Source: Candidatus Melainabacteria bacterium 17Bon1m (GTDB lineage: Bacteria > Cyanobacteriota > Vampirovibrionia > Obscuribacterales > Obscuribacteraceae). Taken from it: a stretch of DNA of 64,000 bases. The first letter of the stretch is position 1. The number at the start of each line of letters is the position of its first letter. This document shows positions 7,682 through 18,158 of the stretch, in pieces. Under the pieces are notes generated by a model, which worked only from the letters and a program-made list of their open reading frames with translations, was not told the origin of the DNA and searched no databases. Both the position numbers and the translations under genes were made by a program. The stretch is from NCBI GenBank assembly GCA_032128875.1, contig JAVLKG010000002.1:832001-896000 (forward strand), written 5' to 3'.

Positions 7682-10168
7682 CTATTGCATTTTCACTGGA
7701 GTAGGCGCGGCGCCGGCAATCGGAGCAGGCATTTGCGACTTCACTTTGTGGGAGGCGTAAGAAAGAATCGCTTCCACCTGGCTCAAATAACTGGCTATGT
7801 ACTGAGCTCTGAAACCGCGTTGAATAAATGCCTCCAGGCGCAGCCAGTTCTTTATTGTCGAATGCAAGCTGGTGACGTCTTTCAGCACCGATTCGATCTC
7901 GTCAGACGAAGCTGTCGCATTCAATTGATGCAAAGAACGCTGGATACCGTCTATTTGAGTGAGTACGTCGTTGGTGCTGGCCTGGTCGGAAAGAATGTGC
8001 GTGCGAGGGTCTTGCAGATAGCGATTGACCATTGCTGCAAAATCATCGACGAGCAGGCGGCTGGCTTTGAGCGGTTCGGCTTGCGGCGTTAGCAGCGGCT
8101 GCTTTCTGTAAGGTCCGACTTTGAGCACGTTGAGCTTTTTGTCATCCAGGTGAGCGACCGCGAACATAGTCGTACCCAGGGTGCCCGTCTCTCTGGCTGA
8201 GTCCAGTTGCTCGATGAGACCGGCAGTATCCAACTGGCGAATGGAGAGTCCAGGATAGACAAGTGCTTTGTCGGCTGTAGATTCGCGAACGTAGGATGCC
8301 GCGGTCGTCAAATCTTTGGGGTCTTTGACATATGTCATCGGATTGAGCGTGTCGACCCAGCCGTTTGCCACCCAAGTCTCCCATTCTTGTTGAATGGCAG
8401 CAACTCTCAGGCGGCGCGGCATACCGTAGACGGCGGCGGAAATTTTGATATCCGGCTTGAACTTTCTGAGGGTGGTAGAAACGTCTTTGACGAAGTTGTT
8501 GATGTTCTGAACCTTCCAGGCGATCCAGATTTGACGGGTATTGTCGTCCAAATGGTCGAGAGACAGCCCCGTTTCTTGCTCGAAGCGCTGACGCCCTTGC
8601 CAGTCGTAGCCCATTTCCGTTCCTTTGTTGTTGAACGGGTAACGGATGTAATCGAGCTGAATACCGTCAACTTTATAGTTGGTGACGACTTCCATGATCA
8701 GGTCTTTTGGATACTGGCGAGCTTCTGGAACTGCCGGGTCAAGCCAGAATTCAGTTTGCCTGGGCGGCACAAACTGTCCATCTTTGTAAGCAAGAGCTTG
8801 ATTGAAATCACGAGTTGAAAGAACCGGACCTGGATATTCTGCGTCTTTGCCGATGATTGGATTGTGGCGGGTATTGCCGACAGCGAAGATCCAGAGCCAG
8901 GAATGCAATTCCATTCCGCGTTTGTGTGCTTCTTTCACTGCAACTGCCAGAGGATCCCAGCCGACCATGGCTGGATTTTGTGCGACCAATTTGCTGGGGA
9001 ACATGGCGAATCCAGCGTTGTTCGTCTCGAAATAAACGATGTTTATTCCGCAGGCTTTCAGCTTATCGAAGAGCTGAGCCAACGCTGCAGGAGAACGCAT
9101 CGATACGATGGTGCCGCGATCAAGCCATACTGAGCGAGCTTCGACTGGACGCACCGGCATGGCCTGAGCAAAGGACATGGAGAAGTCTTGTCGAGCTTGC
9201 GAAAGGTGCGAGTCTGCTTCGAAGAATTTGCGCTGAGAATACGCTTCTTTGAAGGCGTTGACGTGGGAAACACCGGAGTCGTAGAACTGCTGAATCAGTT
9301 TAAATGGTACGGCAAGTTCGGCTTGTTTGGCGGTTTTGATTGTTTCTTCAGTGCGCTTAGTCAGATATTCCAGTTCTTGGCTGATGCTTTGATAGTCGGC
9401 GTAGCTGATTTGCACTGCAGCTGTTTGCGTGATGCCAGGGACAAGTTCTTCAAGAGCCAAAGAGATCAAATTTGAGTTGGCCGTGATTTCACCTTGTAGT
9501 CCGGGTGCCCAGGTAAGAAATACACAACCGCCTTTGCGAACGATTGCAGGAGCCACTTCCTTTCCGGTGCTGTCCGTCCATTTAGCGAGTTGCTGAGCAC
9601 CTTCTGTAAGGGCAACATCGGACCTAACTGTGCCGATGGCAAATTCTTCTGATACCGCAAATGGTGTACGAGGCCATTCAACCTTTTGCTTGTCGCTCAA
9701 ATTGTTTTGCTTGCTGATGGTGACGCCAGCTAATCCGTCGATGGCGACGCCGTTAGGTTGCGGCATTCCATTGGCATCAGTGACGACAAGTTTGCCGCCG
9801 CCGCGGACAAATTCCGTGATAGCGTTAAGACCTTCGGGGGTAAGGTCTACCGAAAGCGGCATGATAATAAGCTTATAGCCACTCAGTTTTGCGCCGCCGG
9901 CCATGAGGTCTGCATCGCTCAATTCGTCAAAGCGAACATTGGCATTTTCGAGAGCGTGCCTGAACTGCAGATAGTCATCATCAAAGGTGCCCAAGTGCAT
10001 GTCCTGGTAGCTTTGAGAGTTGCGAGCGCTTTTCACTACGCCAATCGGCGAGGCTGCCAAAGCAGGTGGAGCCTGCAAGAGCAGAAACACACTCAAAGTA
10101 AGAACGCATCGAAAAATGGGATGCGCAATCAGTTTGAGAGCATGTTTTGCTACTTCATTTGCCGTCAC
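7682..10168 (-). CDS. exported glycoside hydrolase-like 10 (DUF187/GHL10) protein
   Basis: Signal peptide, EARSVWLDRG, AHKRGMELHSW, WLDPA and VDGIQLDYIRYP. The N-terminal region resembles a GATase-like/trimerisation domain. Confidence 0.88.
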   Translation of the reverse strand: MTANEVAKHALKLIAHPIFRCVLTLSVFLLLQAPPALAASPIGVVKSARNSQSYQDMHLGTFDDDYLQFRHALENANVRFDELSDADLMAGGAKLSGYKLIIMPLSVDLTPEGLNAITEFVRGGGKLVVTDANGMPQPNGVAIDGLAGVTISKQNNLSDKQKVEWPRTPFAVSEEFAIGTVRSDVALTEGAQQLAKWTDSTGKEVAPAIVRKGGCVFLTWAPGLQGEITANSNLISLALEELVPGITQTAAVQISYADYQSISQELEYLTKRTEETIKTAKQAELAVPFKLIQQFYDSGVSHVNAFKEAYSQRKFFEADSHLSQARQDFSMSFAQAMPVRPVEARSVWLDRGTIVSMRSPAALAQLFDKLKACGINIVYFETNNAGFAMFPSKLVAQNPAMVGWDPLAVAVKEAHKRGMELHSWLWIFAVGNTRHNPIIGKDAEYPGPVLSTRDFNQALAYKDGQFVPPRQTEFWLDPAVPEARQYPKDLIMEVVTNYKVDGIQLDYIRYPFNNKGTEMGYDWQGRQRFEQETGLSLDHLDDNTRQIWIAWKVQNINNFVKDVSTTLRKFKPDIKISAAVYGMPRRLRVAAIQQEWETWVANGWVDTLNPMTYVKDPKDLTTAASYVRESTADKALVYPGLSIRQLDTAGLIEQLDSARETGTLGTTMFAVAHLDDKKLNVLKVGPYRKQPLLTPQAEPLKASRLLVDDFAAMVNRYLQDPRTHILSDQASTNDVLTQIDGIQRSLHQLNATASSDEIESVLKDVTSLHSTIKNWLRLEAFIQRGFRAQYIASYLSQVEAILSYASHKVKSQMPAPIAGAAPTPVKMQ

Positions 10169-10270
10169 TTCGTAACCTCCATCAACTGCTTTTCTAAATT
10201 GGCTTTCTGTATAAGCTTTTTGATTATGCGGAATTCTTTTGCCGAATTCTTTTCTTGATCCGAATTCGCT

Positions 10271-10765
10271 TTATTTGTTGCGCATTTCCTTCATGACCCT
10301 GTCGATCTGGCGCTTCGTATCGCGCTTTGTAATCGATTCGCGTTTGTCGTAGAGCTGCTTTCCTCTTACTACGGCAAGATCGACTTTTGCCCAGTTGCCT
10401 TTGAAAAACAATTTCAATGGAATCAGAGTCAATCCTTTTTCCTGCGTCTTCTGTTTTAGCTTGACTATTTGCATGCGATGCATGAGCAGTCTTCTTTTGC
10501 GCAGAGGCTCATGGTTGAACCGATTACCATGATCGTAAGGTGCAATGTGGCAATGATGCAGCCACACTTGTCCGTCTTCAATGCGAGCAAAAGCATCTGT
10601 GAGATTGGCTTTGCCATTCCTCATAGATTTGACTTCCGTGCCCTGCAATTCTATGCCTGCCTCAAAGACTTCGATGATTTCGTATTCGTGCCGCGCACGA
10701 CGATTGTCGGCAATTATTTTTACCGACTTTCCTTCGCGTTCAATTGGCGCGGCATTCTTTTTCAT
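10271..10765 (-). CDS. smpB: SsrA-binding protein
   Basis: Motifs IADNRRARHEY, EAGIELQGTEVKS, NHEPLRKRRLL and GKQLYDKRE. Confidence 0.98.
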   Translation of the reverse strand: MKKNAAPIEREGKSVKIIADNRRARHEYEIIEVFEAGIELQGTEVKSMRNGKANLTDAFARIEDGQVWLHHCHIAPYDHGNRFNHEPLRKRRLLMHRMQIVKLKQKTQEKGLTLIPLKLFFKGNWAKVDLAVVRGKQLYDKRESITKRDTKRQIDRVMKEMRNK

Positions 10766-10974
10766 CAGTATCGAAGGGATATACGCGTGAGTCCGGTAAT
10801 TAACGAGTCAAACATTCAGTATAAAACGTTGACAGGCTGCGGATCCGCTCATTTTCAAAAGCTGTGCATTAAACGTGACAGAGTGAATAAACCCAGTATT
10901 TAGCCGGATAGCAGCGCCACTGAACGATTTCGAACCCGAGCGCTTTTCAACCTGCTGCAATCAGATATCTATCC

Positions 10975-11004
10975 AGAAGGTAAACCGTTATCTGTTTACC
11001 TTCT
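10975..11004. repeat. dispersed 30-bp palindrome, copy 1
   Basis: AGAAGGTAAAC-CGTTATCT-GTTTACCTTCT with perfect 11-bp arms. Confidence 0.9.
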
Positions 11005-11124
11005 AATTCATTACTAGTGAGGGGTGAGACAGGGGCTGTGCTTGACAATCGGATGTTATGATTTTAAGGATGATGCGGATACGCGTCGTATATATGACTG
11101 CTGCAGTTGCAGGCGCGAATACTA

Positions 11125-12258
11125 ATGATCAAGATAGGACCACTCTTTGCCACTGATACCGCGCAGACGCGTGCCCTCTTGCGCCATCAGAACGAACCAA
11201 TGCCGTTCGAAAGCTTTTGTGCTGAAGATGCCCTCGCTCTCAGGGGTTTCACTTTCTTTCAGCACTGGATGCCATGCAATTTGCACATTGCTCCCATGGC
11301 TTATATAGCTAAAGAAGATGGCATAGTTCTAGCTCTTATTTCTATTAGTTCAGTCGGCAAATCCAGAGCCTGCTGGCGCATAGAGCATCTTGTGGTCCAT
11401 CCAAACCATCGTGGTCGGGGAATCGCTCAAGAACTTTTGCGCTATGCGTTTGCTACTTTTGCCAGTCAAGGAGCGGCTCATTTCGTTGCTGAAGTTTCAG
11501 ATCAAAATTCCGCAGCGCTGTCCTTGCTCGGAAATACCGGGTTTAGACGCTGCTACCGCGTCACCCATTATCAGGTTCCTGTTGATTTCGAAGTGCCAGG
11601 ATTGTCTTCAAAGCCAGACGCAGACGAGGCTTCGCCATTTCGTCTGGCAATTCCTCAAGATCGCCAGGGTCTATATCATCTTTTTCAAGAGTGCTTGCCG
11701 CCTGATTTGAGGCTTACTTACGAATATGTGCCGGATGACTTTTATGTGAGCGAAGTACCCACAGAGAGTTTTGACAAGCTTACGCGCAAGCTTATCAACC
11801 GCAAGATTTGGTATTGGGTTTCTCAAGATCCTGATCGCAAGAGTTTGACAGCGGCCGTGCGCGTACTTGCTCATAGAGAGGGCGACTTCCACCTGGAATT
11901 TGCTGTGCACCCGGGCTGGGCGCATACTGCCGAAGATACGATCAACTTTACTTTAGGCATCATGCGGCGTCTTAATATGCGCGGCGTCATATCTATAAAA
12001 GGTTTTGACTACCAACCGCATGTAGTAAAAGCGATCGAAAAACTTGGATTGGAGCGGACCGGCACCTTTTCTTTAATGGCTCGCGACCACTGGGTCCGCG
12101 CCAAGCAAAAGCGCGTCGTCCGCAAAGAGGCGCCGATTACTTTGCCGAGTCCAGGTATCAATCTGCCTTTGCCCGCTGAAAGAAGGTTGTTGCCAGCGGA
12201 TTTGCGTATCTTCTCCACCGACCCTCGTTTGTTCAAGGATAAGAACGATAGCTTATAA
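11125..12258 (+). CDS. GNAT family N-acetyltransferase (tandem GNAT)
   Basis: VVHPNHRGRGIAQELL acetyl-CoA motif, NSAALSL...GF, and a second degenerate VHPGW motif. Confidence 0.88.
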   Translation: MIKIGPLFATDTAQTRALLRHQNEPMPFESFCAEDALALRGFTFFQHWMPCNLHIAPMAYIAKEDGIVLALISISSVGKSRACWRIEHLVVHPNHRGRGIAQELLRYAFATFASQGAAHFVAEVSDQNSAALSLLGNTGFRRCYRVTHYQVPVDFEVPGLSSKPDADEASPFRLAIPQDRQGLYHLFQECLPPDLRLTYEYVPDDFYVSEVPTESFDKLTRKLINRKIWYWVSQDPDRKSLTAAVRVLAHREGDFHLEFAVHPGWAHTAEDTINFTLGIMRRLNMRGVISIKGFDYQPHVVKAIEKLGLERTGTFSLMARDHWVRAKQKRVVRKEAPITLPSPGINLPLPAERRLLPADLRIFSTDPRLFKDKNDSL

Positions 12259-12463
12259 TCCGCTCATCAAGCAGCTTTCAAAGGGCCAGTCTCGGGCATG
12301 TTTTGCAAAGAATTCGCTCCAGGCTCTTAAACTAAAGTAAAGGCCGAAGGCGAAGCAGTATTAGATCTGATACTCTGGCTAAATCGCTGTCTGTCTCGGC
12401 AGTTCGAACCTTTTTGCCCTGCAAATTGCAGTCTTGAAGAGTCGGAAGCCCAACAGGCTCGCG

Positions 12464-12493
12464 TTGACATCGCACGGGCGTTGCCTTTATTAT
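12464..12493 (+). promoter_or_regulatory. sigma70-type promoter of the rpsL operon
   Basis: TTGACA (12464-12469), 18 bp, TATTAT (12488-12493), followed by a leader hairpin at 12513-12536. Confidence 0.6.
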
Positions 12494-12572
12494 TGCCAAC
12501 CGCCTAAGCGAACTGCCCCAGCATTACTGGGGGCAGACACTGTAATCAAGTTCTATTTTCAGGAGATTTGTG

Positions 12573-12974
12573 GTGCCTACCATCAATCAGCTCATCCGGA
12601 GAGAGCGGAAGAAAGTCACTTATAAGACGAAATCACCCGCGTTGAAATCATGCCCGCAACGTCGCGGCGTCTGCACGCAGGTGAAGACGACTACTCCTAA
12701 GAAGCCGAATTCGGCTCTTCGGAAGATCGCTCGTGTCCGCCTCACCAACAGTATGGAAATCACTGCATACATTCCAGGTATCGGTCATAACCTGCAAGAG
12801 CACTCTGTCGTCTTGGTAAGAGGCGGTCGGGTTAAAGATCTTCCGGGCGTTCGCTACCACATCGTCAGAGGCGCGCTGGACACCGCTGGTGTCAAAGACC
12901 GCATGCAAGGTCGTTCCAAGTACGGCGCTAAGCGCCCGAAAGCTGGAGCTGCCGCAGCCGCTAAGAAGAAATAG
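12573..12974 (+). CDS. rpsL: 30S ribosomal protein S12
   Basis: Motifs [19 protein letters not shown] and [15 protein letters not shown] start after AGGAG. Confidence 0.99.
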   Translation: MPTINQLIRRERKKVTYKTKSPALKSCPQRRGVCTQVKTTTPKKPNSALRKIARVRLTNSMEITAYIPGIGHNLQEHSVVLVRGGRVKDLPGVRYHIVRGALDTAGVKDRMQGRSKYGAKRPKAGAAAAAKKK

Positions 12975-13022
12975 TTTTTCAGTCGTTATAGACCAGGATA
13001 AGCAAGAACAGGACCCGAAAGT

Positions 13023-13493
13023 ATGTCACGCAGATCAGCAGCACAAAAGAGAATTCCTCCGGCCGATTCGGAATTCAACAGTCAGCTCGTTATGCGCTTC
13101 GTTCATCGCATGATGCAGCGCGGCAAAAAGAGCACCGCTCAAAAGGCTTTCTATTCTTCTTTGGAACTCATCAAAGAGCGTACCAAACTTGAGCCTCTCG
13201 ATGTTTTCAACAAAGCCGTCAAAAACGTGACGCCGCTTGTTGAAGTGAAGGCTCGCCGTGTTGGCGGTTCTACCTATCAGGTGCCGATCGAAGTCAAACA
13301 AGCTCGCGGTGTTGCACTGGCTACTCAGTGGATCATCACCAATTCCAGAAAGCGCGGCGGCAGAAGCTTTGCAGAGCGTTTGTCGGCGGAACTGATTGAC
13401 GCCTCCAACGGAGCCGGCAACTCAGTGAAGAAGAAAGACGAAACGCACAAGATGGCAGAAGCCAACAAGGCGTTCGCTCATTACCGCTATTAA
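13023..13493 (+). CDS. rpsG: 30S ribosomal protein S7
   Basis: Motifs RRVGGSTYQVP and HKMAEANKAFAHYRY. Confidence 0.99.
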   Translation: MSRRSAAQKRIPPADSEFNSQLVMRFVHRMMQRGKKSTAQKAFYSSLELIKERTKLEPLDVFNKAVKNVTPLVEVKARRVGGSTYQVPIEVKQARGVALATQWIITNSRKRGGRSFAERLSAELIDASNGAGNSVKKKDETHKMAEANKAFAHYRY

Positions 13494-13582
13494 TCGGTAA
13501 GTCTCCTTATATAGGTAGGCCCCAAGCCTCATTCATAAGATGGTCTTAACGATGGGCATCAACACTGATGCTTAAGCGGTAA

Positions 13583-13618
13583 TTGTCCCCAAGAGCGTTT
13601 CGGTGTTCTTGGGGGCAA
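13583..13618 (+). other. long UUCG-capped hairpin in the rpsG-fusA spacer
   Basis: TTGTCCCCAAGAGCG-T-TTCG-G-TGTTCTTGGGGGCAA, about 16 bp including G-U pairs. Confidence 0.65.
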
Positions 13619-14018
13619 AGAACTATTGAGTCAATCGCCATTGAGACGTTGGGCAAAATAGTTTTTTTCGGGTTAGAGTTCGGGGTAGAAGATCTTTCCG
13701 CTGATCCGTCGGCAGGGAGAGCTTAAGATTCGACAGCCGATGCATTAAGTGCAGACGCTTTCGAATTGTCTGTTGGAAACCAGCTTTACATGCGGGTTTA
13801 GGCTGAATATCTCCAATATTCACCTTTTCAATTGTAAAGATCGGCAAGGAATTGAAAGAATCTTTGTTGAAGGTTTTTCTGGAAATATAAGAAGTCATGA
13901 TAAGGTGCAAAAGGTTTTCAGGGGAATATGACTCGGTCGAGCCGAGCCGTGTCCTCTGCAGCGCCAAAATAGACTTGGCAAAATCCAGGCAGAACATAAG
14001 AATACGGCGGAAGGAAAC

Positions 14019-16160
14019 ATGGAAGTCGCAACTCGTTCGGACGAAAGGAAACCCACTACCGTGATGACCAGGACAATCCCATTACGTGATATCCGTAATA
14101 TGGGTATCGCGGCTCACATCGATGCTGGTAAGACAACTACCACCGAGAGAATTCTCTTTTACTCCGGTCTTATCCACCGGGTTGGAGAAGTCCACGAAGG
14201 TACGACTGTTACCGATTGGATGGAGCAAGAAAAAGAGCGCGGCATCACAATTACCGCCGCTGCAATTAGTTCCAAGTGGAAAGGCAAACATATCAACTTG
14301 ATTGATACGCCTGGACACGTTGATTTCACCGTCGAAGTTGAGCGCTCCATGCGAGTTCTCGACGGAGTCGTTATTGTTCTTTGTGCCGTTGCCGGCGTTC
14401 AGCCGCAAACCGGTACCGTCTGGAAGCAAGCCAACCGTTACGAAGTACCGCGTATGGTCTTCGTCAACAAGATGGATCGCAACGGCGCCGACTACTTCCG
14501 CGTGGTTAAGCAAATTCAAGAGCAATTGCCTGGTTTGCACTCCACCTGGACGAACGGTCACCCGCTGCAAATTCCGATTGGTTCGGAAGTAGATTTCAAA
14601 GGCATCATCGATCTCATCGACCGCAAAGCATTCATGTATGCCGAGGACGATCCGATGGGCAAACTGGCTCGTGAAGATGCCATACCTGCCGACATGGCCG
14701 AAGAAGCCGAAGAATGGCGTACAAAACTCGTCGAAGCGATCGTCGAAACCGACGACAAATTGATGGAGAAGTACTTGGAAGGCGAACAGCCGACCGCCGA
14801 CGAACTTAAGGCTGCTTTGAGACAAGCCGTAATCAACAACAGAATCGTTCCGATTTTGGTTGGTTCTGCATTCAAGAACAAAGGCGTTCAGCCACTTCTC
14901 GATGCGATCGTCGACTACTTGCCGTCGCCTGAAGAAACTCCGCCTATCAAAGGCTGGACTCCAGATGGCGAAGAAGCAGAGCGCACTTGCAACGACGAAC
15001 CGTTTGCCGGTCTTGCTTTCAAAGTCATGACCGATCCTTTCGTGGGCAAACTGACTTTCGTCCGCGTATACAGTGGCACTCTGGCTGCAGGCTCTTACGT
15101 GCAAAACACGACCAAGGGCAAGAAAGAGCGCATCTCGCGTCTCATCCAGTTGCAAGCTGACCAACGTACTGACGTTCAATCGGCAAGCGCAGGTGACATC
15201 GTTGCTGTAGTCGGTCTCAAAGACACGACCACTGGCGATACTCTTGCGGTTGATACTCATCCGATCATTCTTGAATCGATGAAGTTCCCAGAGCCGGTAA
15301 TCTCGGTTGCTATCGAACCTAAGACCAAGCAAGACTCCGACAAGTTGGGCAATTCACTTGCTCGTCTTGCCGAAGAAGATCCGACTTTCAAGGTCAAAGT
15401 CGACCACGAAACCGGTCAAACAATCATCGCTGGTATGGGCGAATTGCACTTGGAAATCATCGTCGACAGATTGTTGCGTGAATTCAAAGTGGAAGCCAAC
15501 GTTGGTAAGCCGCAAGTTGCCTACCGCGAAACCATTCGCAATCATGTCAAGCAAGAAGGCAAATTCGTTCGTCAATCTGGCGGTCGTGGTCAATACGGTC
15601 ACGTCGTTATCGAGCTCGATCCATTGCCGGCTGGCACTGGTTTCGAATTCGTCAACAAGATTGTCGGTGGTGTCATTCCTAAGGAATACATTCCTGCGGT
15701 TGAAAACGGCATCAGAGAAGCTCTGGCAGGTGGTGTGTTGGCTGGCTACCCAGTCATCGACTTCAGAGCGACGCTCGTATTCGGTTCGTACCACGAAGTT
15801 GACTCGTCAGAAATGGCGTTCAAAATCGCCGGTTCGATGGCCTTCAAAGAGGGCTTCATGAAGGGTAAACCGGTTCTGCTGGAGCCTGTAATGAAAGTCG
15901 AAGTGGAAGTGCCGGAAGAGTACATGGGCGATGTCATCGGCGACATATCCGGTCGTCGCGGCAGAGTCGAAGGTATGGACACCCTCGATAAGCTCTCCAA
16001 AGTGAAAGCAGTTGTTCCGCTGTCCGAAATGTTCGGTTACGCAACCGACATCCGTAACAAGACACGCGGTCAAGGAACCTTCACTATGGAATTTGCTCAC
16101 TACGATGAAGTCCCGCATAGCATCTCGGACGGCATCGTAACGGCAAAATCAGCCAAGTAG
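14019..16160 (+). CDS. fusA: elongation factor G
   Basis: Motifs [36 protein letters not shown] and [12 protein letters not shown]. Confidence 0.99.
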   Translation: MEVATRSDERKPTTVMTRTIPLRDIRNMGIAAHIDAGKTTTTERILFYSGLIHRVGEVHEGTTVTDWMEQEKERGITITAAAISSKWKGKHINLIDTPGHVDFTVEVERSMRVLDGVVIVLCAVAGVQPQTGTVWKQANRYEVPRMVFVNKMDRNGADYFRVVKQIQEQLPGLHSTWTNGHPLQIPIGSEVDFKGIIDLIDRKAFMYAEDDPMGKLAREDAIPADMAEEAEEWRTKLVEAIVETDDKLMEKYLEGEQPTADELKAALRQAVINNRIVPILVGSAFKNKGVQPLLDAIVDYLPSPEETPPIKGWTPDGEEAERTCNDEPFAGLAFKVMTDPFVGKLTFVRVYSGTLAAGSYVQNTTKGKKERISRLIQLQADQRTDVQSASAGDIVAVVGLKDTTTGDTLAVDTHPIILESMKFPEPVISVAIEPKTKQDSDKLGNSLARLAEEDPTFKVKVDHETGQTIIAGMGELHLEIIVDRLLREFKVEANVGKPQVAYRETIRNHVKQEGKFVRQSGGRGQYGHVVIELDPLPAGTGFEFVNKIVGGVIPKEYIPAVENGIREALAGGVLAGYPVIDFRATLVFGSYHEVDSSEMAFKIAGSMAFKEGFMKGKPVLLEPVMKVEVEVPEEYMGDVIGDISGRRGRVEGMDTLDKLSKVKAVVPLSEMFGYATDIRNKTRGQGTFTMEFAHYDEVPHSISDGIVTAKSAK

Positions 16161-16169
16161 GATGACCCT

Positions 16170-16199
16170 AGAAGGTAAACCGTTAACGGTTTAACTTCC
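16170..16199. repeat. dispersed 30-bp palindrome, copy 2
   Basis: AGAAGGTAAACCGTTAACGGTTTAACTTCC, about 10 bp after the fusA stop. Confidence 0.9.
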
Positions 16200-16210
16200 A
16201 AGCAAGTATC

Positions 16211-16244
16211 AAGGCAGCCGGTAAAATCGGCTGCCTTTTGCTTT
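16211..16244 (+). terminator. intrinsic terminator after fusA
   Basis: AAGGCAGCCGG-TAAAA-TCGGCTGCCTT followed by TTGCTTT. Confidence 0.8.
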
Positions 16245-16379
16245 ATAGGAATTGATCTTGATTTCTTGATGCCGGCTTGAACTGGCAGCGCTTTTCAATG
16301 GTATAAAATTTCCTCCAGGACCCAGCGAGATGGTCCACCTTGGCATCGCCAATAAGCCTTTGTTTCTCAGGAGTTTTCG

Positions 16380-16790
16380 ATGAAGTATCTGCACGGTGGT
16401 TACATCTTGTTCTGTGACCAGGCCGAACATGCAGACAATGGACGGGTGAACGCCCAGGGGCTCTTTGACGTCTTTGTCGGTGAGTTGCCGCTGAAAATGG
16501 ATTGCCAGATGGTAATCGGCTTTGGTACGCCGTTTGAAAGAAGGCAGTACAAAGGTCTGGTTGTTATCGAGAATCCCGAAGGCCATGAAATTTTCCGCAA
16601 AGAGTTTCAAGCCAACGATCCCAACGACATTTATAAAGGGCACTACATCGTCACGCCCGAAGTGACCATAGACAAAGAAGGAATGTGGACTGCCAAATGC
16701 GTTCTGCGCAATTACAAAGACGAAACTATGTGGGATGTTTCCAGGCAGTTCTGGTCAATGGTTGAAGGCTCCGCGCCTCCCGATCCATAA
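16380..16790 (+). CDS. hypothetical beta-rich protein (DUF6941-like)
   Basis: N-terminal ILFCDQAEHADNGRVNAQGLFD pattern; AGGAG RBS. Confidence 0.65.
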   Translation: MKYLHGGYILFCDQAEHADNGRVNAQGLFDVFVGELPLKMDCQMVIGFGTPFERRQYKGLVVIENPEGHEIFRKEFQANDPNDIYKGHYIVTPEVTIDKEGMWTAKCVLRNYKDETMWDVSRQFWSMVEGSAPPDP

Positions 16791-16828
16791 ATTACAAATT
16801 CTCCACTGCGTTCAAGTGCGTTCAAGTT

Positions 16829-16856
16829 CTTGAGCAGGCTTAATAGCTTGCTCAGG
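16829..16856. terminator. hairpin between convergent genes
   Basis: CTTGAGCAGGCT-TAAT-AGCTTGCTCAGG. Confidence 0.55.
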
Positions 16857-16922
16857 CTTTAGTCATCGGTCTGGTCAGTCATAGCTGAAGTTTCAGTCAG
16901 GACCACAAGATTCGGTAATAGC

Positions 16923-18149
16923 TTAAGCTTGAACGACCGGCAAAGTTTCGAATCGCTTGCCCAATACATCAACGCTGTCTGCCCCCAACCAGCTTTCCAA
17001 AACGGTGGCGTATACGGTGCGGAAGTCTACTGTATGTTTGAGATCGCCTGCATCAAGACTAGTCAAACTGGGCGCTTCTCCGTAAATTCCGCCTTTGACC
17101 GATGAACCTACCAAGAAAAGCGGTTCTGCAGTGCCGTGATCAGTACCTTTGCCACTATTTTCCTGAACTCTTCTGCCGAATTCGGAAAATACCAGAGTCA
17201 AAACATTGTCCTCTAAACCATGTTCTTTCAGGTCGCTCTGAAATGCAAGAAGCGCATCGGACAGTTGTTTCAGCAGCCCAGCCTGTGCTCTTTGTTGATT
17301 AGCGTGCGTGTCGAATCCGTCCAAACTGACTGTAAAAACCGGAGCGCTGACTCCACCAGTAATCATCTGCGAGATGAATTTCAGTCCATCGCCTAACTTT
17401 CCATTCGGATACTTGATGTTGCTCTTGTAGTTTTTCACGATCTTGAACAGACTGTCTGAGGCTTGATCCGCTTCCAATCCCGCTTTTCTCAGCATCTCGG
17501 CATGCGGTCGTTTGCTCTCGAAACTCTCATAGATGTTTTTGAACGCTTCAATTTGTTGGTCTCGATCTTTTCTAAAGTGTGGATCGCTCTTGAAGCGAAA
17601 CTCGTAAATGTTATTTACTGAAGGTACAACTATCTTTTTTGCATATAGTGTTTTGGGAAGCATTGGATCGACATTTATTGCCGGCAGTGCAATGTTGCTT
17701 TGCCCTGCGTAAGCAAGATCAAGATAACGTCCTAACCAACCTGTATCTCCGATTTTTTCCGGCTCGGCCGTTTGCCAAATTTCAATAGAGCGAAAATGTG
17801 AACGATTGGGACTACCGTATCCAGCTCCTTCGATTATGGCCAGTTTTCCGTCGCTGAAAAGCTCACGCATTCCTGTCATTGAAGGATGCAAGCCAATTTG
17901 ATCATTGAGTTTCAAAACATCTTTCTGTGAAATTGCTATTTGAGGGCGGGCGTCGTAGTATGCACCCTGCCCGTACGGAACAACCGTGTTCAATCCGTCA
18001 TTACCACCGCTCAGCTGTATCAGTACGAGCTGCTTTTGACCTTTCCGGACCGAAGCTTGGGCTTGCAGTTGGAATATCTCCTCGGCTGAGAGCATCAAAC
18101 CAAGCATGCCCAGTCCACCTTGAATAAACTTTCTTCTTGATAAAGTCAT
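16923..18149 (-). CDS. DUF1501 domain protein with Tat signal
   Basis: Motifs SRRKFIQ, LVLIQLSGGNDGLNTVVP, NRSHFRS, GFDTHANQ and FSEFGRRV...GTDHG. Confidence 0.93.
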   Translation of the reverse strand: MTLSRRKFIQGGLGMLGLMLSAEEIFQLQAQASVRKGQKQLVLIQLSGGNDGLNTVVPYGQGAYYDARPQIAISQKDVLKLNDQIGLHPSMTGMRELFSDGKLAIIEGAGYGSPNRSHFRSIEIWQTAEPEKIGDTGWLGRYLDLAYAGQSNIALPAINVDPMLPKTLYAKKIVVPSVNNIYEFRFKSDPHFRKDRDQQIEAFKNIYESFESKRPHAEMLRKAGLEADQASDSLFKIVKNYKSNIKYPNGKLGDGLKFISQMITGGVSAPVFTVSLDGFDTHANQQRAQAGLLKQLSDALLAFQSDLKEHGLEDNVLTLVFSEFGRRVQENSGKGTDHGTAEPLFLVGSSVKGGIYGEAPSLTSLDAGDLKHTVDFRTVYATVLESWLGADSVDVLGKRFETLPVVQA

Positions 18150-18158
18150 GGAATTACC

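Noticed and set aside
10766-11106. tmRNA (ssrA) next to smpB
   Set aside because: No tRNA-like GGGG...CCA ends or tag reading frame were found in the flanking intergenic regions.
14082-15332. 416-aa antisense ORF
   Set aside because: It is a shadow of fusA caused by strong codon bias and has no recognisable motifs.
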